DNA of 62,410 nt, counting the filler, from Dugesia japonica (Eukaryota): assembly GCA_001938525.1 (NCBI GenBank). It is 6 parts of 6 records of this genome, joined end to end, with 100 filler letters (N's around TTAATTAATTAA, not from the genome) between each part and the next. Parts side by side here need not be neighbours in the genome. Positions count along the whole stretch, not along the records: positions 50,847 to 62,410 come from MQRL01530840.1; 5 more parts are not named here. The stretch is one strand, 5' to 3'. How positions within the stretch are numbered: the stretch's first letter is position 1; each line of letters starts with the position of its first letter. The notes beneath the pieces are model-generated. The model saw only the letters and a list, made by a program, of their open reading frames with translations, was not told the origin of the DNA and ran no database searches. Shown here one piece after another: positions 52,847-62,410 of the stretch. The translations under genes and the position numbers were made by a program.

Positions 52847-54428
52847 NNNNNNNNNNNNNNNNNNNNNNNNNNNNNNNNNNNNNNNNNNNNNNNNNNATAA
52901 TAATAATAATAATAATAATATAATAATAAAAATAATTATATTATTATTATTATTATTTATTATTATAATTAATTAAATAGGAATTATAATGAACAAAAGT
53001 AAAATGATGTAATTTATAAAAGGAATTATGTAGTTGTTATAAATTATGACTGTCCAAAATACGGCCAGCGGCCTATTTTTCCATACAAAAATGTTTTTTC
53101 TTTTTTAAAAATTTCGAAATATATTTTTATTAAATTATTACTTAATTTTGATTATTTAATTGAAAATGTTAATGTCTTCTAACAATAATTAATTTTTTTA
53201 AAAATAATTTAATTCTAACTTGAAATTTTAAATCATATTAATTCTTTTGGTTGATTTATAGGAAGTTTGATTATTTATTTAGTAAAGATTTTTAAAACTG
53301 ATTAAGTTTTTCTATATTAATTGTTGCTAAGCCAAGAAGTTTTGTAGTCAACTTGTTAGCAACCACGCACATCGAAATCGATATAGATACATTACTAAAG
53401 GAAACAGAACGGCCGCAAAATGTACCTGAACCTTGTTTTAAACTGAAAAAATAAACGTTTCGTTATTAGTATTTCTAAAAACACTTGCTAAACATAATAA
53501 TTGGTCGATTTTTCAAATATTTAATTCATTACTATTATCTTGTTTTATTTTTGGTGTGGCTCGTGAAAAAATATAATTTTTGAAATCGGCCCTCAGATTA
53601 CCTTAATTTTAAACGAACCTTACAAAATACCTAATAGGAAATATGTCTACGTGTAATAAAAGTGTTAAAATAAATCTCTTATATTTATACGCGAAATGTG
53701 TCAAGATTTGGCTGCACTATAGAAAATATATTTCTAAAAATTTAATCTTTCATATTATATGAAACAAAACTTTAACCAATAATTAATATGTGCAAAAGAA
53801 TGATCTTCTACAAATCACACCTGGATTACGAAACCTTTTCCCAATAATTTCATTTAGGGCAATAACGAATAGATATTTTAGAAAGTAAATTGATATAAAA
53901 TTTATATTAAAATTACCTGTTCTTTCATTAAATGTTCCGTGTCTTTCATATTTTGATAGGCTTGAAGAACTCTTTCTTCTTCTTTTTCTCTTTCTTTTAA
54001 TTGTTCTCCAAATGAAACCGGTATGTTTCGTTTTTCACGTTGATAGCATACATAACACAAATCTTGTCCAGATGGTCCGGGATGTCCACAAATTGATGAT
54101 GCTGCAGTTGACGGTCGACCAGAACATATTGATGATGGCTTTTTCGGTTCAGATAATAGAAAGGATCTTAAAGGTGGCTTTGGCGTAGGTAAAGGTTTTG
54201 ATAGTATATCCAAATCTGATTCGGTTAAAGATTTCTGTTCAATTATATTACCGTTTTGTACTGTTGGTTCATTTGAATTTATTGATTCATCAAACATTGG
54301 ATGACTGTCAATAGATGGATTAATTTTGTTGTAATTAAATCCCTGTTCCTCTGAAAGTCCAAGATAATTATTTGATTCACATATTGATTTGGTATCATTT
54401 CTGTTCAATATTTGTTCGCGTGCCTCTC
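51041..54428 (-). CDS. CCDC81: Coiled-coil domain-containing protein 81; internal exons 53917-54428, 51502-51674 and 51041-51451
   Basis: GQDLCYVCYQREKRN, AFNAGVAEAI, SYLFESRPLTP, ERLEQMQLAEDLAKQR, YKKALDTQV, PDSEEPVFGKN match CCDC81 as I recall it. GT-AG boundaries keep the frame, including a 50-nt intron at 51452-51501. The acceptor at 54428 is the least certain boundary. Confidence 0.9.
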
Positions 54429-55212
54429 CTATTTTCACAATTAAATCGATCAATGTCGAAGAAGAAAAAAAATTAATTCTATTGATTTTGTAAATTTTAA
54501 TAACTAATATTACCACTAAATTCAATGATTAATTATTTATAAACAAATGAAAGCTTATATTTTAGAAATAATAATTTAAAAAAGATCTTATCATTATACC
54601 ACTAGTTAGCAATCAATGGGACAACTTTTAATTTTATTTCAACTAATAAAAATATCGTATTTCACCATCGATAACGCATGGGTTATCATTGCAAAAAAAA
54701 GCGCTTAAAAAGACAAAATGAATAGTGCAAGAAAACATTTATCTATTATATGAAAATGTAAGACTATTGAATGGCCACTATCTAACAATTTTCATTAAAT
54801 AACACTAGATTTGTGAGTTTCATAAGATGCGCGTTATCGATAGGAAATTATGGTTCATAAATTATGATAAAAAATAAAAGTTTTAGGACATAAGTATACT
54901 TTAATAAATTCCCAATAAAACGAATCGTGAATTATTACTCAACAATTACTTCATGGAGATAGTTTAAATAAAATGTATTCATCCATAAAATTTCCCTTCA
55001 ATAATAGATAATCCTGTACAACACAAACATTTTTTTAAAGTTACATCATTATTAAAATATTAAATATAAAAATTGTGTAATGAAGTATAACAATTATGGG
55101 ATATGTATCAATAATGACTTTGATACATTTGTTTGTATAAATTATTCCATAATCTTTTTCTCATCATAATTTATGCTTATATATATTTTTTTATTTAATT
55201 AATTATTTAGAT

Positions 55213-57500
55213 CAGTGCTTCGCAACCTTTTCTCATCTACGACACACCAAAATTCTTCGTAGAATTCTGTGCCACACCAAAATAAAAAATATATAGATAT
55301 TAAGATGATACACAAATTTTACAAAAGAAGTTTTTAATTTGAAAAAGAACTTACATACATATAACTGTAATATATTAATTTCACATAATTTTAATAATTA
55401 ATTAATGTGATACTTGAGCTTGTTTTGCTGAATACAAAAATTTTATATTCGGCTCGATATTTCACAGTGCAACCCGAAGTTCTTCATCAAGACATTTTAA
55501 GCATGAACGCTTATCATTTTTAATTAATATAAGAGTTTAAAAGGGAAGTAGTGTTAAGATAGATTTGTCTGAAATGCGAGGATATTCATTTTTAACGTAA
55601 ATCCAGAAAGCATCTAATGGAACTTCGGAGAAGTGACGTTTTAAAGTCATGACATTATTTAAATCTGTAAATTCTTCTCGAATTTGCAGAGGCAGTGCTT
55701 CCGTAGATTTTATTGCATTGGTTGCAAAAGGATTTCGAATCTAATCGTATTGTCCCGTATTAATGGAATAAAAATATTGATCAAATTTATGCTGAAGCAT
55801 ACTTGGGCCAGATTCAGAATTAGCTGTTTGCTTTTAATTGTACTATGATTGGCCCATTTGAACATTTTCAAACATCCTTTTTGCAACTCTTTCTGCCAAA
55901 GTTCGAGTTTTTTTTCAACCCCGGTAATTTTTCGGAGCTCGTAGATATATTCTCATTTTGACCTTGCATTTTTTTTAATAAGTTCATTCAAATGCTCGAA
56001 TATATCAGCCATGTAAGCAAGTCTGGCTATCCAGTAATCATCATCGAGGTGTGGGTTAGGGTATATTTTGATTTAAAATAAATTCATGCACCTCGAGACG
56101 ACGCTCAAACAATCTAGCCAAAGCTTTGCCTTGGGATAGCGAACGAATTTCAGTATAAAACAATAAGGATTCATATTCGGATTCCATCTCTGCACAGAGT
56201 ATTCCAAAGAATTGCGAATTTAGGGTTCTTGATTTAATTATGTTAACGATTTTAATGCATTCAGTCATCGTGTTCAAAAGTTCCCCCTGCAAATTCTTTA
56301 CCATCAATGCTTTTCGATGTATGCAGCAGTGTGTAAATTGTAACGTCGGATTTTTTAGTTTTACACAAGAGATAAAGCCCTTTTTACTACCGGTCATTGC
56401 CGCAGCACCATCCGTGCAAACAGCAATGCAGTTGCTCCTTTGAATAATTTATTTTTTGAAGAAATCATCGGTTACTTGAAATATTTCTTCACCGTTAGTT
56501 AGCCCTGGAACCTCCTTACAAAATAAATAATGTTCTTTAATAAAGTCCTCGTCAACTATACAAACAATAGCTATCAGCTGTGCTTTATTTTTAATATCGG
56601 TTGTTTCGTCGATCTGAAGTGAAAGCTTTTGCAGCTAATAACAGTTTTTTATCAGTGTTTCTAAAATATCGTCTGACATATCGTGTATACGTCTCCTGTT
56701 TTTTATTTTGTTCTAAGTGCCTCTTAAAATATTATCTTTCTTCGTTGGGGTAGCTGAGATGGTTTGAATCTAGATGGCGATTTAATTTACTCGGCACCAT
56801 TGCCTTGTTTGATAGCTGATCGCCACAAATGATGCACAGTGACTTTAGAGCCGTTTTGTGACCACACCATGAGAATCCATATTTAATGTAGTCTCCATCG
56901 TACTTTCTTTTCACTATCTTCTTTAGTTTTTTTGCAACACTTGTGCTGAGTGCTTCATCATCTTTACTTGAAGTTTGATCTTTTCCACGTAAAAATTTAT
57001 CCATATTTAAAGGATTATAAAAATAATATATTGATACGAGTACATATATCCCATGAAGAACGCTAACCAACCACAATTAAGAGTAATTATAGTTAATGGT
57101 AGAAACTTGTTTAAGTAATTTTATTTTGTTAAAATAGTGTCAGCTCTGCACATGACAGTAATAGGGACGATCGAACGTGATGTAACACGTGCAAAAAAGC
57201 AGTTTTGGTCTTTGGCAACGCACATAAGGGTCATCTTTTTTTGTACATGACTAAATTTTTTTGACCACGGTGCCTACAAAGCACACTACGCAGTTTTAAA
57301 CAGTTAGCATCAGGCGTTGGGACCATTGACAAATTATTTAGCTATAATTATTGTATAGAATCTAGTATACATTATATTTTGAAAAACAAACAATATTTGA
57401 AAAATGATAAAATGTCAAATACAATGTATTTCACCGCGGCACACCTGTATTCAGCTCACAGCACACCAGTGTGCCGCAGCCCACTGGTTGCGAAGAACTG
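55213..57500 (-). mobile_element. Buster-type hAT transposon (ZBED5/SCAND3-like transposase), both ends intact, coding region decayed and internally deleted
   Basis: TIRs cagt(g/t)cttcgcaacc; perfect 8-bp TSD atttagat with central TA. RKYDGDYIKYGF..CIICGDQLSNKAMVPSKLNRHL (BED finger), SLQIDETTD, CTDGAAAMTG, THCCIHR. Confidence 0.95.
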
Positions 57501-57505
57501 ATTTA

Positions 57506-57506
57506 G

Positions 57507-57574
<68 letters not shown>

Positions 57575-57624
57575 NNNNNNNNNNNNNNNNNNNNNNNNNN
57601 NNNNNNNNNNNNNNNNNNNNNNNN

Positions 57625-57687
<63 letters not shown>

Positions 57688-57773
57688 TATAAATTGATAT
57701 TCTTAAAATACTTGCAAAAGTATTATGTGCTTATGAACTCTAAAATAGAGATGCTTGAAAAATAAAAGTAAAA

Positions 57774-57841
<68 letters not shown>

Positions 57842-57891
57842 NNNNNNNNNNNNNNNNNNNNNNNNNNNNNNNNNNNNNNNNNNNNNNNNNN

Positions 57892-57943
<52 letters not shown>

Positions 57944-57950
57944 TAATAAT
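57506..57950. repeat. (TTA)n and (AAT)n microsatellites with gaps
   Basis: Direct reading; similar tracts at 8552-8610, 34965-35060, 45429-45475, 50847-50910 and 52783-52970. Confidence 0.95.
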
Positions 57951-58410
57951 TGTTAGATGAGTTTGTTACCGTCATCATTGAATTCAAAAGACCAGCAATT
58001 TACATTTCAAAATTTATTGCAATACAAGACAAACAAAAAAAAACACAAATTTGTTTTTGTATTCAAATTAAAAAATTTGTATTCGAGTTGAAATTATTAT
58101 TTCCAATTTATTAAAAATTATTAGAAATAATTCATTAATTTAATTTATTTCCAAATTTAAAAGTAAACGTCAAATTTTAAAAATACAATAAACAAATATA
58201 TTTAAAATTTAATAATTAATGTATATTGATTACTCCGTAAATCAATTTTAAATGAAACTCATTAATAAATTTAAAAACCAAAATTAAAAATATTTTTTCA
58301 ATTTAATTTGAATAAATTGCAACTCAGATTACAAAAATTTTATATCCGTTTATTAAAAAACAATCTCATAATATTAATAATAATAATAAAACTAGAAATG
58401 ATTAACAAAT

Positions 58411-58713
58411 TTATTTCTCACTTTTCTTTTTAATAGCAGTTTTATTCAAAGAATGTTTGTGAATAATATCCGGTAAATCGTCTATAAATCCACATTTCAA
58501 ATCTAAAGTCGATTGCTGTAAAAATTTTTTATAACTTAAACGATTTATTTTCGACAAATTTTGGTCGGTAATGCACCAGGAATCATTTTCAGAATTGTAA
58601 TGAAGTTTCTTTTTACCTTCCAATTTAATTCGTGGTAATGAATATGTAAATGGAATTTCCCTTAAATTACACAATCGTGTAAACTTTTCTGTAAATTGAT
58701 TATTCATAATCAC
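58411..58713 (-). CDS. Possible exon or short ORF of unknown function (100 aa)
   Basis: Open 100-codon frame of non-repetitive composition in very AT-rich surroundings; no recognisable motif. Confidence 0.3.
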   Translation of the reverse strand: MIMNNQFTEKFTRLCNLREIPFTYSLPRIKLEGKKKLHYNSENDSWCITDQNLSKINRLSYKKFLQQSTLDLKCGFIDDLPDIIHKHSLNKTAIKKKSEK

Positions 58714-60011
58714 GTCGAATGAGAGAAATTAAAGAAAATTGAAAAAATACTTCGGCTTCCTGCAGAAGTTGATGTAGTCAAATTCGTATTGGTAAATAAT
58801 TGTAAAATTTCATGTAGCCAGTAATTAAAGTAAATTACAAATGACGAATCAAAATCCTCCAATGAATTATTTATAATTCAATTGATTATCCTATTCATCC
58901 AATGTCAACATTAATAATTCATTAGGTCTATTATTTTAATCAATTAACTGTAGAAATCAATGGCAACTGTGACAAAATTAATCGTTACTAAATTTTATTT
59001 GGAAAATTATAATAAATTTCTAATCAATGATTTTGTAAGTTTTGCTCAAGGTTGCAATCTAATATTTTATTTTATTCTATTGATATCTTAATAGGACTAC
59101 ATTTTACTCTATTTTATTATATGATGGGTTTTAATATTTTAGCACATTAATTTGCTATCCTCACTATTCGATCGAGTAATACGCAACTGAATATCATAAA
59201 AATAAATCAAGTTTAATTCAATGCATAGCATAGTTACAAGTTTCAACAATGAACTTTATAAAATCAAACATCGTCATAGAAGTTCTAATTTTATTCAAAA
59301 ATTCATTTTCATAAAAATTCTTTAATTGGAAATTTAGAAATAATTTATTTAATATAAACATTTATGCTCAGAATTCACAAGTATTTGTTTATAACAAAGG
59401 TTTTTTATAATTTTTTTCAATACCTTGAATACGATAAAAGCAATTATAATTAATAACCAATGGGAATCATGCAGCGGCCGATACAAGGGAAAATTAACTT
59501 TATCATTCAAAAATTAATACAAATTCAAAGATATCAAGGATGAGAGTTTGTTTTGTTTATAATAATATTTCCGAGTTTTTTTTAAACGGTCAAAGAATAT
59601 TTGAATATTGATGATAATGTAATATAATATGAAATATATTATTAAAACAAAAAAAGAAAACTAATAGAGATGAAATGTTTTATGATTTCATAGAAATTTC
59701 ATTAAAAGATGCTCTACAAGCCATTCAAAACACTAAAATTAATAAATCAAACGAAATTTGGAGATTAGAAAAAGACTGGATATTAAAATTTTTAAAAATT
59801 CTTGAGATAAATAATAAATATCATTAAATTATATTTAATTAGAAAATACTAACAAATTCAATCCTATTATATCCAACTTTCTGAAGACTGAAAATAACTA
59901 TAACCTATAGTTATACTTAATACTGTAGATATTGACAATAATAAATTATTGATTTTATATATTATTATAAAATGATTATTTCTAAGTTGAAATACAAAAT
60001 TAATATATACA

Positions 60012-61800
60012 CAGGTATCCCTCCTATAACATGGATGATAGGTTCATATAATATGACGTGTTATGTGAAACCGTGCTATAGGAGACTAGAAGTTGGCACA
60101 AAAAGAGGAGTAACGTTCCAAAAAAAAATTTTAATGGCATAGAAGAAACTTTATTTTTATTAAGAATAACAAAACAAATAAAAATCCATTTAAATACAGA
60201 AAAACAAATAGAAATCCACGTAAATAGATAAAAGAAAAACAAAAATCGGCATAAATACATGAATATATAAATTTAATTTAGTAATGTATTCGTCATTACT
60301 GCTCAATTCAATTAAACGGGAACGTTTGTTCGGTTGTTTAACATCATCTTTACTTCCTGAACTTTTTTCTGTATTTGTATTTTGCTCACCTGATATCTTT
60401 ATAAATTCCGTAATCTTGCTTTGTTTCCTTGTCCTTTCAAGGTTGTTGTAAATTTCTTGATATGGTCATAAGCTATTTTGCAATTCTCTTTTGTAAAGTA
60501 ATTCCAAGTTTTTGGGTAGGCTTAATCTTTCCTGTAATTTTTTTAATGTAAAATTATTAACTTTAGTATTTTCATCAGAGCTAGAATCGATTTCATTCAT
60601 TTGGGATAAGGATGCCATTTCTACCAAATCTGCTTCGCCATGTTCTTCTTCCACTAATAAGTCTTGAACATCCTTAATAGCCATATCCACAAATCCGGGT
60701 GCAGTTTTTCATTTTTTGATATAAATGTCCTATTGGGCTTTTTGTTCCAGCAAAGCCCAGTTTCATCGGCATTGATGCTTTGTTTGTTTTGATGTGTATC
60801 CTTGCTCCTCAATTATTTTTTTTAATTTTTCTGGATATGACCTAGCAGCTTCATGATTTGCCGATGAAATTTAACCTTGAATTTTTATATTGTGAAGTGA
60901 AAAACGACTTTTGAATTTCTCAAGCTAACCTTTACTGGCTAGAAAATCTGGATTCACAGAAGATTCTCCGTCTTGTTTAAGATGATTATTAATTTTAAGA
61001 GCCTTTTGCCTAATTATATTACTCTCCAATGGTATCCTTTTCTGACAGTTATCATNNNNNNNNNNNNNNNNNNNNNNNNNNNNNNNNNNNNNNNNNNNNN
61101 NNNNNAATAGCCATATCCACAAATCCGGGTGCAGTTTTTCATTTTTTGATATAAATGTCCTATTGGGCTTTTTGTTCCACCAAAGCCCAATTTGATCGGC
61201 ATTGATGCTTTGTTTGTTTTGATGTGTATCCTTGCTCCTCAATTATTTTTTTAAATTTTTCTGGATATGACCTAGCAGCTTCATGATTTGCCGATGAAAT
61301 TTAACCTTGAATTTTTATATTGTGAAGTGAAAAACGACTTTTGAATTTCTCAAGCTAACCTTTACTGGCTAGAAAATCTGGATTCACAGAAGATTCTCCG
61401 TCTTGTTTAAGATGATTATTAATTTTAAGAGCCTTTTGCCTAATTATATTACTCTCCAATGGTATCCTTTTCTGACAGTTATCATCAATCCAAATGCTAA
61501 GTGCTTTATCCATTTTTTTAATTACTGGCACACGGAGACGAGCTGAGGATTTTGAAGAGGATTGCGAAGATCCTGCAACAACAGCACTCCTAATTTTCTT
61601 TTCACTTTTCTTCATTGTGCAGACTGTCACCTCATTTAAATTTAGGGTTTTTACAATGTGTGATGCTTTTTCTCCTGTTAACAGCCGATCTAAAATTTGT
61701 ATTTTTACTTCTAAAGAAATAAACTTTCTCTTCAAAGTTGTTTTTTTATTTCCATCAGACATAGTTTAGGGCTGCAATTTATTGTTCAAAAAATAGTCTG
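60012..61800 (-). mobile_element. Tigger/pogo (CENP-B-type) DNA transposon, internally deleted, with a duplicated segment across the gap
   Basis: KRKFISLEVKIQILDRL..GE..LNLNEVTV (psq-type HTH), MDKALSIWIDD..IIRQKAL..FLASKG, NAD(E/Q)(T/I)GL. TIR-like caggtatccctc at 60012. Confidence 0.9.
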
Positions 61801-62410
61801 TCTAGTTTCCTCGAAATATCTAAACATATCAAATCTTAACCTAATGGCCTAACATAGCATAGGTGAGATTATATAATAATCTTCAAAAAATCATGAATAC
61901 GCGCATCATTTAATACAATAATTTATTTTATTAATTCTAAAACTAAGTGGCACACTAACAAACGTTGCATGGTAGATTTCCGAACGAAGACATGTACGTA
62001 ATTTAAGTTAATTTTTCAATTCAAATTTCTTAAGTAAATATAAATTTTTGATATTTTTGCATAGATAATTCAAAATATAAATAAAATTGCTTAAGGTTAT
62101 TAAATCTAATTTTAAATATACACATACTAAGTCTAACCATTAAAAATCAATGCAAGTGAAATACCATCTGTAAAGTATTTTTCAGAAAAAATTCATCATA
62201 TTAATAATCTATATATGTACTTTTAAAAACATACATAAAATCAGAGAATTCTTTGCTAAATAAAAAACCATACTTGATTTATTTTGTCAACGGTTATCAA
62301 CCCTGCAACCGCGAGTACAAATTAAAATTTTAAACGATCAAAGGAATGATGAGAATTTAAAAGAACAGAATGGGTAGTAGTGATATTAATTTTATTTTTA
62401 ATAGATTTGG

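Noticed and set aside
57404-57987. Poly-Y/L/I/N ORFs (also 34943-35242 and 52728-52976)
   Set aside because: Translations of (TTA/AAT)n microsatellites and N runs.
60675-61486. Duplicated Tigger segment
   Set aside because: Near-identical ~380-bp copies flank an N gap; likely a scaffolding overlap artefact.

Overview
AT-rich, repeat-dense animal genomic DNA. A planarian-like host is my inference from composition, a ~50-nt intron and the transposon content; the sequence does not prove it. The window is NOT contiguous. Five identical 100-bp spacers (44N-TTAATTAATTAA-44N) split it into six ~8-12 kb pieces: 1-8451, 8552-18457, 18558-29203, 29304-40079, 40180-50746 and 50847-62410. Host genes visible are the terminal exon of SAS-4/CENPJ (8070-8213, minus) and three spliced exons of CCDC81 (51041-54428, minus). 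The rest is mostly decayed mobile DNA: mariner x3, a Polinton/adintovirus morphogenesis module, a degraded protein-primed polB, Gypsy fragments, a Penelope-like ORF, a Buster-type hAT with intact TIRs and TSD, MITEs and a Tigger/pogo. The highlight is 9074-18457 (minus), a Ty3/Gypsy-RT element whose ORF fragments join, across point stops and a few frameshifts, into one >3000-codon polyprotein. Its order is: tandem ubiquitin-like/helical repeat modules - AT-hook - Bcl-2-like domain - signal peptide - chuvirus-type (class III) envelope glycoprotein - TM - aspartic protease 1 - CCHC array - aspartic protease 2 - RT - RNase H. Env lies upstream of Pol and no Gag capsid is recognisable. A second, highly diverged Bcl-2-like + signal peptide + glycoprotein cassette on another contig (39311-40079, plus) independently supports the Bcl-2/Env fusion. 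All domain calls were made by eye and need HMM or structure confirmation.
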